A DNA stretch of 64,000 nucleotides from a virus: IMG/VR virus record IMGVR_UViG_3300027816_000055; one strand, written 5' to 3'. The translations under genes and the position numbers were made by a program. Position 1 is the first letter of the stretch, and each line of letters begins with the position of its first letter. Below are positions 47,645-58,680 of the stretch, piece by piece. Below the pieces are notes generated by a model. It worked only from the letters and a program-made list of their open reading frames with translations, made no database searches and was not told the origin of the DNA.

Positions 47645-50600
47645 TTAACTAGTTGTCAAAGAAATTTGATTTATATCTCTATTTACACTAGAAATCTCCA
47701 CGGGCAAACTACCATCTGGAATGCCGAGATCATTGACGGTTGTATATATAGTTTGTTGTGATTTGATAAACAGTGACGAACTTATTGATTTATTTTCCAA
47801 TTTAATTACACTAAAACTAGTCAATGGACGATTCAATGTTGACAAATGACCTTTTGGATAGGAGACAGTGTCTATTGAATCCGCACTTGCAGTTTCACTT
47901 CCGCTCAAATTAAAATTGTATGTTAGAAATTCTTTGCTTGAACTGACATCATTTATAATCAACAATTGATTATTTGTAGACTTATATGTTCTGTAATTTT
48001 GCAAGGATCCAGTACGATCTCTATCTATATAATTACCATTGATTACAAACACGCTACGACGCTTTAATACGTCTGCATCTGAAATATAATTACTAATATA
48101 GTTATTTAAATGTCCCGTTGTTTCATGTCCGTTTTTAGCAATATTTGATGAAATTTCGGAAGGTAACATCGAAATATTAGATCCGGATACATTGTATGCT
48201 TTGTTATATGCAGTTACATTAAAATCATTTATTACACCGCTATCAATTGGTCTATGTTGATATTTGCTACGCTCCAGAATACTTGGCTCAATTAAAATAC
48301 CATCAATAACTTTTGCTCTTGCCGGAAACAATTGTTTTGCGGTTGTAAAGAAAGAACCATCAAAATAATTTTTGTAAAGTGTCAAAAATTCTTGATACAA
48401 TACCTTTTCAGCAAGATTATTCGTATTGTATTGATTACGCAAAATACGCAACGAATCATATTGATCTGTGTATAATTCAACAGGACTTCCAATTTGATTC
48501 ATCAGATCATAATTACCCAAAAAGTTTGTGATGTCATCATCTCTAACTTTAAACGGAGCAATATACACTCCTATTAAATTAGAATCTTGTGTTACGGTGT
48601 TTGATACAACGCTACGTTCATTTGGCATCAACCGTGCAACTACATTTTCAGTTACCTTATTGATTTTTAAATTTTTATATTTGTTTGGACCTGCGTTATC
48701 AAGTTTTATATTCTGACGAGTATTGATTTCATCAAATTGATAAGGAAATACTGAAGTTGAAATTTCAGAACAATTTACAGTTGTTGTAGTCGTTTGTAAA
48801 AAGTTATAAACAGATGACGTTACAGTGCTATAATATTTATTTGCATTACTTAATTTATATATTCCAGAAGAGGTATATAAATTCACTGGATAATCAATAC
48901 TGTATCTATAATATAAATCACTATATGTTGCGGATGCGCTGTAGTTATTATATGCGTCAAAATTTCTTGCATGATCTAAAAATGACTCGTCTGTTAATTC
49001 AGAAGACCATACATTAATTTTATCAATATTACCGTGAAAATTGTTTGATGCAGTGTAATTACCAACGTATATTGTGCTGCTTGAATAGAACAAATCTGCA
49101 AACGTAGATGCTATAACCAATGATTTAGTTCTGTCAAATATTAATCGATCATCCTCTACTGACACAACTCTAAATTCTAAATATGATGGATTTCCCACAC
49201 CGACATCAAATTGATCTGATGCAGATTTTACTTTCAAAAGAACGCTATATATTTTTCCATTAAAAATAGGAATATCATCAATCACTAAATCAGTATTTTG
49301 AAATGATGCAATAATTTTTCCACACTTATCTTTTACATCTTTAACTATACGAATATTCCAATCATTGTTATAATTTGTCATTAAATACACAGGAATATTC
49401 TGTGTGAAAGAATATTCTGGATCTACTCTAAATTTAAATTCGATTGTTTTTAAAGTTGCTGGCACTGGAACCAATACCGATTCATTATTTCCTTTATATT
49501 TAGTAAAATAATATTTTTGATCAAACACATAAGAAGATTCATCTTCTTGTGAAACATTATTGCCTCCAAACTCTTTAATATTAAGTAAACTATGTGGTAT
49601 ACCATAAATGTTTGCAAGCAAACGCACACATTCTTCAGTTCCTTTTGTTTTGTATAATATAGGAAGATTGTGTAAAATACGATTCCAAATTGTTTTTAAC
49701 TTTTCATCGTCTGATACACTATTGCTACCAGTCAGATAGGTATTTGCAATTGTAGAACTATCAAATGAACTGATTGGCTTCCAACCAAATTGCTCAAGTA
49801 AAGTATTAGCAAATGAAGAAAGATATGAAGACGAAACATTTGTCAAAACAGAATCATCTGTTGGAAATTCTACATTATCAACATATTGTAATGTCGGAAA
49901 TTTTTTGTAATATAAATAGATATTATCAAAATGATGTCCGATCATCGACAAAAAGATTAAATAATCTGAATTATCACTGTCAACTACAACATATTCAGGT
50001 GTGTTGTTAATTAAACTATCAGAATTATTTTTATCATATTCAATAGCCTCATTAATATATGTTTTCAACGCATCACCTGCAAGACTTGCAGACGGCAATG
50101 AATTTAAATAAACATCATAACCATCAAATCCATTATAAATTGTATCAATTTGACCCTGTGTAATATTATAATCCACCGAATACGAACTACTAATTGCTAC
50201 TGACGCACTAACTGATGCACTGGCATACTGTGTTAGTTTGTTTTTCAATGTATTTATCTTCGACAATTTATTCAAAAACAAATTTATTCTCAATTCTGCT
50301 GATGAAAACAAAATAAATTCAGAAAAATCACTATAATTAATATTTAATTCAGTTAATTTTTTATAAAATTGTATTTGTGTTGTTTGAGTGGTGGATAGTT
50401 TTAAATCATTACTTGATTGATAATCAACCGGTTTTGATTTGTAATCATCAACTTTAACTTTAAAATTTGGTCCTGCAATTTTGAAACGTCGTTTTACAAC
50501 AGGAGCATTTAAAATTAATTTTTGTATCATTGGCTGCAATGATATATTGCTAATCCAACAAAGATCTCGCAGACCGATTGACTTTGGCAAATAGTCTAAT

Positions 50601-51730
50601 AACTTTACTATAATATTAATCGTTCCGTTTTCAACATATCCGTCATAATTTAAAATTGGCAAAAAATTATTATTACCAAAATTTAAAGTATTTTGTAAAT
50701 AACTAAAATATTTGTTTTGATAATCAATATTAATCTGATTAATTACATTTTTTATGAAATTATCATAAAAAATATTAGTAATGAAATTGGTAATTAATGC
50801 TTGATTAACTACGTTGGTTCCAAAAAATGTATTTACTTTACGCAAACGGATTTCAGTTGCTTTATTAATAATATACTGAAATTTTGTTTGTAATTGTGCC
50901 GCCGATTCTACATTTTTATAATATGTATACAACCAATTTTTTAAATATCCAACAATACCATCAAATACATCATATATAATCTGATTATCATTGCCTTGAA
51001 TTGGTTTTGTAAAACCAATGTATGTTTCATTTAAAAAATTAATTACATCCAAATCTGTGCGAAAACCAAAAGTAGTTTTCATGATTTGAAATGTTTGCTT
51101 GTTATTTTTTATTAATTCTTCTGATTGTGAATAAATTTGATATGAATCCAATTGTTGCACCAATACAGGAACGATATCACGAATTAAAAATTTTTTTGTA
51201 GCGAATGCTTGTATTTCTAAATTTATTAATACTTGTAATTCATCGTTCGGATCGATTTTAAAAGATGGTATTAGTTGTAATTCTTTTCTTGAAACTGAAA
51301 TATTTTTTATGATCAACGGATAAGTTGCATCACCGATGTTACGCACACTATTATATGAAACAACATGATTTCCGTTTACAATATTACTAGAACTCAAATG
51401 TGCGAGAGTATCAAATAAAATATTACGATCATATGAAACTATATATCCACTATTATATTGTTTATAATTATAAGTTAACACATTTTGATCTACGTCTTTA
51501 TATGTTTTGCTAATAACATTATAAACCGGATTTACAGGAACATTTTTCAATAGTTGCAAATTTCCGTCTATATCATATACCGAAAACTCAATAATATCTT
51601 GTTCAGATGTGCCGAAATATTTATCAATAACAGACCCTGATAAAACTGTGTCCAAATCTGATTGATCGTAAAACGATCCAGAATTTACACTGTCAATGTT
51701 AGTTGATATTGTTTTGTATGGAAATGCCAT
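47645..51730 (-). CDS. large baseplate wedge/tail structural protein
   Basis: 1361 aa in the baseplate cluster; MIGHHFDNI, YKTKGTEECVRLLANIYGIP...IKEFGG (gp7/P2-gpI-like segment). Confidence 0.6.
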   Translation of the reverse strand: MAFPYKTISTNIDSVNSGSFYDQSDLDTVLSGSVIDKYFGTSEQDIIEFSVYDIDGNLQLLKNVPVNPVYNVISKTYKDVDQNVLTYNYKQYNSGYIVSYDRNILFDTLAHLSSSNIVNGNHVVSYNSVRNIGDATYPLIIKNISVSRKELQLIPSFKIDPNDELQVLINLEIQAFATKKFLIRDIVPVLVQQLDSYQIYSQSEELIKNNKQTFQIMKTTFGFRTDLDVINFLNETYIGFTKPIQGNDNQIIYDVFDGIVGYLKNWLYTYYKNVESAAQLQTKFQYIINKATEIRLRKVNTFFGTNVVNQALITNFITNIFYDNFIKNVINQINIDYQNKYFSYLQNTLNFGNNNFLPILNYDGYVENGTINIIVKLLDYLPKSIGLRDLCWISNISLQPMIQKLILNAPVVKRRFKIAGPNFKVKVDDYKSKPVDYQSSNDLKLSTTQTTQIQFYKKLTELNINYSDFSEFILFSSAELRINLFLNKLSKINTLKNKLTQYASASVSASVAISSSYSVDYNITQGQIDTIYNGFDGYDVYLNSLPSASLAGDALKTYINEAIEYDKNNSDSLINNTPEYVVVDSDNSDYLIFLSMIGHHFDNIYLYYKKFPTLQYVDNVEFPTDDSVLTNVSSSYLSSFANTLLEQFGWKPISSFDSSTIANTYLTGSNSVSDDEKLKTIWNRILHNLPILYKTKGTEECVRLLANIYGIPHSLLNIKEFGGNNVSQEDESSYVFDQKYYFTKYKGNNESVLVPVPATLKTIEFKFRVDPEYSFTQNIPVYLMTNYNNDWNIRIVKDVKDKCGKIIASFQNTDLVIDDIPIFNGKIYSVLLKVKSASDQFDVGVGNPSYLEFRVVSVEDDRLIFDRTKSLVIASTFADLFYSSSTIYVGNYTASNNFHGNIDKINVWSSELTDESFLDHARNFDAYNNYSASATYSDLYYRYSIDYPVNLYTSSGIYKLSNANKYYSTVTSSVYNFLQTTTTTVNCSEISTSVFPYQFDEINTRQNIKLDNAGPNKYKNLKINKVTENVVARLMPNERSVVSNTVTQDSNLIGVYIAPFKVRDDDITNFLGNYDLMNQIGSPVELYTDQYDSLRILRNQYNTNNLAEKVLYQEFLTLYKNYFDGSFFTTAKQLFPARAKVIDGILIEPSILERSKYQHRPIDSGVINDFNVTAYNKAYNVSGSNISMLPSEISSNIAKNGHETTGHLNNYISNYISDADVLKRRSVFVINGNYIDRDRTGSLQNYRTYKSTNNQLLIINDVSSSKEFLTYNFNLSGSETASADSIDTVSYPKGHLSTLNRPLTSFSVIKLENKSISSSLFIKSQQTIYTTVNDLGIPDGSLPVEISSVNRDINQISLTTS

Positions 51731-51733
51731 AAA

Positions 51734-52168
51734 TTATTTTTTTAAATATGGAAAACTGTCAGAGAAATCATCTGCTGTTTTTCCTTCATTTAATTTGATA
51801 CGTAAATTTATAATTACATCTTTAGATGCATCAATAACCGCACTGGCGCTATTTTGATTGTCAGCCGCAATAACAGCATTTAATTGGTTTCTTAAAGTTT
51901 CATTTTCTTGAATCAATTGATTTGTATTATTATCAATATTAACGACAGGTATTATAGTTGTGGGAATTGAAAATTCTTTTATTTCCACATCATATAACAT
52001 CTTAATTTGTTCATTATTATATAAATAATTTTGAAATGCAAATTCAATATATCGTTCATTAACATCAATCGGGTCTATAGATAAATTAATATTGCCAACA
52101 TCATCTAAATTATTATTAAATGTGCCATCAACCAAAAATTGAGTTATTTCTTTGTCAAATGATTTCAT
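51734..52168 (-). CDS. hypothetical protein with coiled coil
   Basis: ORF within the structural operon. Confidence 0.55.
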   Translation of the reverse strand: MKSFDKEITQFLVDGTFNNNLDDVGNINLSIDPIDVNERYIEFAFQNYLYNNEQIKMLYDVEIKEFSIPTTIIPVVNIDNNTNQLIQENETLRNQLNAVIAADNQNSASAVIDASKDVIINLRIKLNEGKTADDFSDSFPYLKK

Positions 52169-53742
52169 CTAGTTACTTTAAATATATATCCATTATCAAA
52201 TATTTGCTCTTCATTATTTGTAACAACTTTAACTAAAATTCTATAGAATCTTTCCTGTGCAAACGAAGTTGTGTCCAATATAAAATAATGCATGTTACCA
52301 TCACAACTTAATTTTGTAGCATCATCAAAATCAACAATAGTTTGTTCACTTTCATTATCTTTTATACAATAATATGAACTTGTAGGCAATAAACTTGATG
52401 TTAAAAATTGATTCATTTGATAACCTTTAACAAAATTTTTCAATGGATTTTTTGGACGAGCATATACATCTACTCTAGGAATTGCGCCAAATTTATAATT
52501 TTTACTCAAGTTACGAAGCACCACAGTAAACGGATTACTTTCAGTTACAGCAGATAAACTACCTGTAACATAACTACTATCGTCCCATTGTACGTCCAAA
52601 TACGGTGTATAAATAGTGTTAGTGTCTCTACTAAAGAATTTAAAAGTACCCTTTGTTGTTTCTGCCTGCGATAATTCCAATGACGTTAATACTATCAATC
52701 CTTCATTTGGAACACATCCACAAATCCATGATTTAGCAATAGTTGATACATCGATGCCAAGATTACTCTTTTCATAATTAAAATTTTGACGAGCAATCAA
52801 ACTATTGCTCGCAGAAATTGTACTACAATATCCACTAGAAGCCGATGAATAAGAAGCAGGAACATTATAATACCACGTTCCTCCACCTTTATTAAAAGAT
52901 TCAGATGCGTATGACGCTGTATTTAAATAATCTACAAATTTATATGTTGAACTTGAAACGACTGGATACCAATAACTACCAGAATCTCCCGAAAAATCTC
53001 TATAATACCAACTTGCGCCGAGCGTAGAACCCCCTGTTTCATAATATCCATCTCCCATTTCCCAACTTTGGCTTACTGGATATGCATACATTGAATAAGA
53101 CAATGGAATTTCCGATGCTTCTACAATTTCCATTTTTAATGTAAATTTTAAAGATCCAGTCTTTGCTATCGTACCATCAGCAATTGATTTAGAAATTGAG
53201 GAAACATCAAATTTTAATAATGCTCTACTCAATGATGGTATATTTTCAAACGTTGTCGTAGGACTATAAAAACTGCCAGTGCCCAGTGCAACTCCTTGGA
53301 TTAAACCAACAAAACTATTTACAGATCCGCTTGCATTGCAGATAATACCGTACCAATTACCACTTAAACTACCACTTAAACTACCACTCAAATGACCTGT
53401 TTGATTAGATACACTAGAAGTCGTAGTGATTCCATTAATACTACCCGTTATTTTTCCAGTAAATAATAACGTTCCTTGTACGTCCGCACTTGACGAAATG
53501 ACGAGTGATGAATTGCTATCTGATCCACTAAGATAGCCGCTCACCTGACCATTAAATAAATATAAACTTGACTCGGACGCGTAACTTTGCGAAATACTTG
53601 CGGTTTGATAAACTGTGACGGTACGATATAATTGTGTATTTGCTTTTACTTCTAAAATTTCATCTAATCCCAAGTTTTTACTCAGGTAATTAGTTTCGTT
53701 AGTAATATATGTATCTTTAGATGGATAAATAAAATGGTGCAT
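52165..53742 (-). CDS. virion structural protein with Ser/Gly-rich insert
   Basis: FIYPSKDTYI, RALLKFD, FFSRDTNTIYTPYLDVQWDD; adjacent to the gp6-like gene. Confidence 0.6.
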   Translation of the reverse strand: MHHFIYPSKDTYITNETNYLSKNLGLDEILEVKANTQLYRTVTVYQTASISQSYASESSLYLFNGQVSGYLSGSDSNSSLVISSSADVQGTLLFTGKITGSINGITTTSSVSNQTGHLSGSLSGSLSGNWYGIICNASGSVNSFVGLIQGVALGTGSFYSPTTTFENIPSLSRALLKFDVSSISKSIADGTIAKTGSLKFTLKMEIVEASEIPLSYSMYAYPVSQSWEMGDGYYETGGSTLGASWYYRDFSGDSGSYWYPVVSSSTYKFVDYLNTASYASESFNKGGGTWYYNVPASYSSASSGYCSTISASNSLIARQNFNYEKSNLGIDVSTIAKSWICGCVPNEGLIVLTSLELSQAETTKGTFKFFSRDTNTIYTPYLDVQWDDSSYVTGSLSAVTESNPFTVVLRNLSKNYKFGAIPRVDVYARPKNPLKNFVKGYQMNQFLTSSLLPTSSYYCIKDNESEQTIVDFDDATKLSCDGNMHYFILDTTSFAQERFYRILVKVVTNNEEQIFDNGYIFKVTR

Positions 53743-53743
53743 A

Positions 53744-55723
53744 TTATATTACGGCTCCTTTAACATCATTATCTGGATATTTTAGTTCAAAAACAGATGG
53801 ATCTAGTGATGGGTAAACAATTTTATTCAATGTTGCTTGGTCCAAGTTATATTCATGCGGTGAGTAATCACCGTCATTCATTGTTAAATTTTTAAACTTG
53901 ATTTCTACCACAGATTGAACACCTTCTACTTTTGCAATCTCAAGTTCCAATTGACTAATATTAATTGGTTGATTAAAAGTCCATTTATCAATAACAAAAA
54001 AATCTTTTACTTTTTGAATACATATATTCAAAACATCACGCTTATTATAGTTGTTAAATACAGATATTTTAAAGTCTACACCAAAATTAATAATATATCC
54101 ATCGATAATGTTGATACCATCTGTTAAAAGTTTATATTTTTCTAAATATTTACGTAAATTGTATAATAGTGCTTCATTAATGCTAGTCAAATTTTTATTT
54201 GAATTGTAACTTAACACATACAAATTGATGCTAAACGGATTGGAAATATCGTAGTTTACTTTACGAAAATAATTGGATACAGCATCATTCAATAATGTAA
54301 CTTGATCTATATTATCACTAAACCCACTTACATATTTATTGATATTTACATTTAAATTTGAATTAGAAACAACGTAAGCTTTTGCAATTGTTCCAAATCT
54401 AGGCGGAAGATTATAAATTCTAGAAGTATAATCGTCTGTTGTGACTGCTCTGTTCTGTGAAGCAAAATACGCAAGTGCATTTTGACGAATTTCGTCTACA
54501 CTTTCGGAATCTGCGCCGCCAGTCGCAGGCACTGGATTAGTTACACGCAGAGAATTTTTAACAGTTTGCATTAATGCCAATTGTGAAGGTGTCAATCCAC
54601 TTGTATCCGTGGCAAATTCCACTGAGACAATTGTTTTAATGTCATCCGAGGCACAATTACTCAATACACCGCCACCTACAATATATTTGATAGTGAGTGT
54701 AGTATTTGCAGGTGCTTGACCCATACTGTTTGTGTTTAACAATTTACTACTGTCATACGAAATATTTAAATTAGTAATGTTTTGTAGTCCAATGCCGACC
54801 AATTCTTGAGACGGATAAATGATTTCGTCAGACAAACTCTCAGTTCCGGGACCAAATTGTAAATATGTTACATTATTTGCATTTGTATTGACTGTAAATT
54901 TACGTGAAGTTATAAATGATTTCAGTAATTTTGGCACTTCGCTATTATATTGAAATAATACTCCATCGTTTACACTCGTATTTTCTTCTTCTGAAAAAAT
55001 TAAATCTTGAGCCAAATAATCTACTTGATACCATCTATTATTGTCACTGTCTCTTACCTCCAATACATCAATGACATTATTTTCATTTAGCGGAATATTT
55101 AAAAACGCTTGTGCATTATTTAAATTAAAACTTGCTACAACAATTCTACCTGCAATTGCACGTATTGATTTTTTTAATAAAAAGAATTGTGGTACTCCAT
55201 AATCATCGCGAGAATATACAGTTGATTCTCTTGGTGAATTTTTTGTGTCCACGGCAAAATTTACTGGATCCGTAGTTAAGTAATTTACTCCCGCGCTATT
55301 AACTAGTTGCATATATTCGCGCAAAGATAATGCATATGTATTGTCAGGTACATATTCTCCTGCGCTATTTTTGATTGATGGAACCAGTTGATAGATATCA
55401 ATTGTAGTAACTGCGGCTTTGGTTGGTTTGGTTTTATAACCAAGATAATTTGCCAACGCAATAACATTTTTGCGCTCGCCGGCATAATTTAACAAACTTT
55501 CTTTTAATTGATAATCACCATAGTAGGAAAGAACATCTCCAACATATGCAGCTTGTTCAATAAACATTGTTCCCGGCGAAGCAGTATTAAAGTCCTTGTA
55601 TGTATTTGGAAAATATGTCTGTGCATATTGAATTAATGCATCTCGAAAAGAATTGAAATCTTTATTAATATACTTCAAATCTTTTTTTCCGGTATTAAAT
55701 TGTTTTTGAATGATGTCAGCCAT
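53744..55723 (-). CDS. baseplate wedge subunit (T4 gp6 / baseplate J-like)
   Basis: YINKDFNSFRDALIQYAQTYFP...SPGTMFIEQAAYVGDVLSYY; ATGGADSESVDEIR; RAVTTDDY. Confidence 0.9.
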   Translation of the reverse strand: MADIIQKQFNTGKKDLKYINKDFNSFRDALIQYAQTYFPNTYKDFNTASPGTMFIEQAAYVGDVLSYYGDYQLKESLLNYAGERKNVIALANYLGYKTKPTKAAVTTIDIYQLVPSIKNSAGEYVPDNTYALSLREYMQLVNSAGVNYLTTDPVNFAVDTKNSPRESTVYSRDDYGVPQFFLLKKSIRAIAGRIVVASFNLNNAQAFLNIPLNENNVIDVLEVRDSDNNRWYQVDYLAQDLIFSEEENTSVNDGVLFQYNSEVPKLLKSFITSRKFTVNTNANNVTYLQFGPGTESLSDEIIYPSQELVGIGLQNITNLNISYDSSKLLNTNSMGQAPANTTLTIKYIVGGGVLSNCASDDIKTIVSVEFATDTSGLTPSQLALMQTVKNSLRVTNPVPATGGADSESVDEIRQNALAYFASQNRAVTTDDYTSRIYNLPPRFGTIAKAYVVSNSNLNVNINKYVSGFSDNIDQVTLLNDAVSNYFRKVNYDISNPFSINLYVLSYNSNKNLTSINEALLYNLRKYLEKYKLLTDGINIIDGYIINFGVDFKISVFNNYNKRDVLNICIQKVKDFFVIDKWTFNQPINISQLELEIAKVEGVQSVVEIKFKNLTMNDGDYSPHEYNLDQATLNKIVYPSLDPSVFELKYPDNDVKGAVI

Positions 55724-55726
55724 ACA

Positions 55727-56122
55727 TTATAAATTATTAGACGTAAATTCCATAGACACAGAATCTGTTTGTTGATTAACACTAAATATAATTTTTAGAT
55801 ATACTTTATAAGTATCAGTGAGCATGTTTTTTTCACTATTCGATATATTTAAATTTATATTTTCTACTGTTACACCCGGTATCCACATATTTATTTTGTT
55901 TTCAATAATACGTTTTATTAAATCGGGGGTATTTTGCAAATTTTGCTCAAACAATGCTTCTTGTAATCCAGAAGAAAATTGAGGTTGCATTCTTCGTTCA
56001 CCACTATTGGTACGTAAAAGATTAATAATGTTACTTTTGATCTGTGTCATTGTATCATATGACTGATCAAAATATCCATTATTTCCTCTAGTTAAAGGTA
56101 ATACTAGTCCAATAGGTTTCAT
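55727..56122 (-). CDS. baseplate wedge / sheath initiator (T4 gp25-like)
   Basis: QIKSNIINLLRTNSGERRMQPQFSSGL...LFE; directly upstream of the gp6-like gene. Confidence 0.88.
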   Translation of the reverse strand: MKPIGLVLPLTRGNNGYFDQSYDTMTQIKSNIINLLRTNSGERRMQPQFSSGLQEALFEQNLQNTPDLIKRIIENKINMWIPGVTVENINLNISNSEKNMLTDTYKVYLKIIFSVNQQTDSVSMEFTSNNL

Positions 56123-56124
56123 AA

Positions 56125-56664
56125 TTAATCAATTGTACTAAAGTCATTTGGTACGCCGCCCTCAATACTTAGTCCGCCAATGCTGCCTCCACCAAACGGT
56201 CCTTGTTTTTTCTTTACATCGACTGCTTTCATCAATTTACGATAATCTTTAAATACGCCAAGTTCAGCTTGCGCTTTAGTTGTCTCATTTAAAACTGGAG
56301 ATACGGGTGCCTGAATATTCAATGGTTGTGTACCTTGTTTAAAGTTTATTTGTTGCATTTGACTACCAAATGAAACGTCTTGTGGAACACCATCTTCTGT
56401 TTCATTCAACACTTGGTTTAATAATGGATTGTTAGTAAATTTCTTTGGTTGTTTTGGTTTCGGTGCCGCTGGAATTGGACTTCCCGCCATCTCATTTTTT
56501 AAGCTTTCAAAAAAATCTTCGTTATTGGTTTCAATCAATTTTGGTTTGACAGACTTACCAGATAATGCTTCAGCAACAATCTGAGGCACCAACACAGGTA
56601 ATGATTTTTTAATTTCTTCTTGCACAATTGCTCGTACTAATTGTTTGAATTGTTCTGCTTTCAT
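56125..56664 (-). CDS. hypothetical protein (possible head-internal protein)
   Basis: MKAEQFKQLVRAIVQEE..., repeated VLNET, PAAPKPK linker. Confidence 0.55.
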   Translation of the reverse strand: MKAEQFKQLVRAIVQEEIKKSLPVLVPQIVAEALSGKSVKPKLIETNNEDFFESLKNEMAGSPIPAAPKPKQPKKFTNNPLLNQVLNETEDGVPQDVSFGSQMQQINFKQGTQPLNIQAPVSPVLNETTKAQAELGVFKDYRKLMKAVDVKKKQGPFGGGSIGGLSIEGGVPNDFSTID

Positions 56665-56699
56665 AAGATTATATAATAACTATCGTGAATACAATGGTT

Positions 56700-58298
56700 T
56701 TATTTATTTAATTTTCTACTATTTTTACCGAAAAATCCTCCCGGCACACCATTTCCATTACGTGTATTAATAGAAACTGGCTCGACTTTACTATCTGTAT
56801 TTACTGGCTTTACTCCATTTGCACCCGGTGCATATCCACCACCAGTAACAAATACTCTTCTACTTAACAATGGTTCCAACCGAGATTGCAATGCCTCCAA
56901 TTGGACAATTTGAACTGGTTTTTGTGTTTGATTTGGTTCAGCACCTCCAGCATCTGGATGGCTATGATTATACCAATGAGTATGCGCTTTTAACCATTCA
57001 CACAAATCGTACAACCAATCAAGTGTTGTTTGTCCCAATAATACAGGTTCATTGGTTTGATCATACTGCCCTAAATAAATCGCAGGACTATTGATGACAG
57101 TTTTTTTGTTGGTAGTAATAACAATTTGATCATGTGCATCTAATGTGTATTCGCTATCTGTAACAATACCATATCGTTTTTTACTGTAATGAAAAGTTTC
57201 TTCAAATCTACTACTAAAAATTAGTCGATCTGTTTGTATAACAATTTGATCCCCTGTGTATTTTGGTTTTGTAAATTCGGTGGCATCCTTTGGAGAAAAC
57301 AATGGCTGTTCTTCATTTATTTCTTTACAAAATATTGTTTTATACACTGTGGTTTTCCATCCACTTTCTGTTAATCCCGACGTAATATGTATACTACTAC
57401 CATCGTTATTAATGTCTTCTTCTATAATACCACCGGCATTTTTTTCCAAATTTGTTATTTTTGGAATAGGATTTAACAACGGATGTAGTGGTCTATCTCG
57501 TTTTTCATCACCAAGTGGGCGTTGACGATTTCTAATCAATATCATTGGATTGCCCGTATTTTTATAATCTGGATATCTTGGATCGCCTATATCATTTTTT
57601 CGTAAAGCATCATATGATGAAAAACGAATAGATTGCCCATGACGACTTTCAATCGTAAGATCACCTTCAAATTTACGCACGGCACGTATTTTATTATTTG
57701 CATTAAAATAAGCACCCATTCTTCCACTATTATTTGCGTTTTTTACAGAAATCGGCCCTGTATATGATATTGGTCCCTCAATTGGAATGCTTTTGTTAAT
57801 ATTTTGAAAATCATCTTGTCGATTGCCAGAAGTATTACCTTCTGTTTTTTCAACATTAAAATTAACATTATTATTAACAAATCCATTAATATTCAACTTA
57901 CGAAAATAATACCACTCATTTCTATATTTTGCTACCGTTACAATTTCATTTAACAATGGATACTCAATCAACCCAGTCGAATGTGCTGGTTTTGCCCAAG
58001 ATAATGATTCTTTAGGTAAATTGATTTGTGAATGTAGTAATCTAAAACAAACACGACCAATATAGCTATAATTTTTATCTTTTGGATTAGCCGGTTCGTC
58101 TTTATAATTATCGGGCCATTGATTTACAATAAGATTTTTAATTTCTGGATGTGTTTCATCATAAATTACATCAAGTACAACAGCTTCTTCGAATTCATAA
58201 AATTCTGAAAGTTGTGCAAACGAATCGTTTGTGCGAAATCCAGCCTCATGAATTCTAGAACTATTACCAATATCACGTTTTATGTTCCAATATGACAT
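56700..58298 (-). CDS. baseplate hub/central spike protein (gp5/VgrG-tip-like)
   Basis: GQSIRFSS, beta-rich C-terminal repeats, HTHWYNHSHP (HxH metal-binding spike tip). Start set at ATG 58298. Confidence 0.6.
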   Translation of the reverse strand: MSYWNIKRDIGNSSRIHEAGFRTNDSFAQLSEFYEFEEAVVLDVIYDETHPEIKNLIVNQWPDNYKDEPANPKDKNYSYIGRVCFRLLHSQINLPKESLSWAKPAHSTGLIEYPLLNEIVTVAKYRNEWYYFRKLNINGFVNNNVNFNVEKTEGNTSGNRQDDFQNINKSIPIEGPISYTGPISVKNANNSGRMGAYFNANNKIRAVRKFEGDLTIESRHGQSIRFSSYDALRKNDIGDPRYPDYKNTGNPMILIRNRQRPLGDEKRDRPLHPLLNPIPKITNLEKNAGGIIEEDINNDGSSIHITSGLTESGWKTTVYKTIFCKEINEEQPLFSPKDATEFTKPKYTGDQIVIQTDRLIFSSRFEETFHYSKKRYGIVTDSEYTLDAHDQIVITTNKKTVINSPAIYLGQYDQTNEPVLLGQTTLDWLYDLCEWLKAHTHWYNHSHPDAGGAEPNQTQKPVQIVQLEALQSRLEPLLSRRVFVTGGGYAPGANGVKPVNTDSKVEPVSINTRNGNGVPGGFFGKNSRKLNK

Positions 58299-58299
58299 A

Positions 58300-58668
58300 T
58301 TATTTGTCCTTATTTGGTAAAGGTTTAGTAACTTCCTTTGCAATTGTATTCGCTTCCTCCATCAATTGTTTGCGTTCTTCTTCACTTAATCCGAACGCAC
58401 CCTCACCTTCTTTTCCAGCACTATTAGAAGCCAATCTTTGAACAATTGCAGCCAATTTTACCAACTGTTCGTCATTTTTAACAGTGACATCAAGATACTC
58501 TTTTATCAATGGAATAATAATAATAGCATCATTTGGCGTTTTGACCATGATACGAAGATCATCAATTAGTTTCTGAATAGTATCATTACGATCTTCGCTG
58601 TTCACCACAATATCCTTCAACAAAGAAGAAAATTTCTTTCCTTTATAAATTTCAAATTCAAAGTCCAT
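58300..58668 (-). CDS. hypothetical helical protein
   Basis: Clean ORF preceded by TATTTATT. Confidence 0.6.
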   Translation of the reverse strand: MDFEFEIYKGKKFSSLLKDIVVNSEDRNDTIQKLIDDLRIMVKTPNDAIIIIPLIKEYLDVTVKNDEQLVKLAAIVQRLASNSAGKEGEGAFGLSEEERKQLMEEANTIAKEVTKPLPNKDK

Positions 58669-58680
58669 AATTAATAAATA

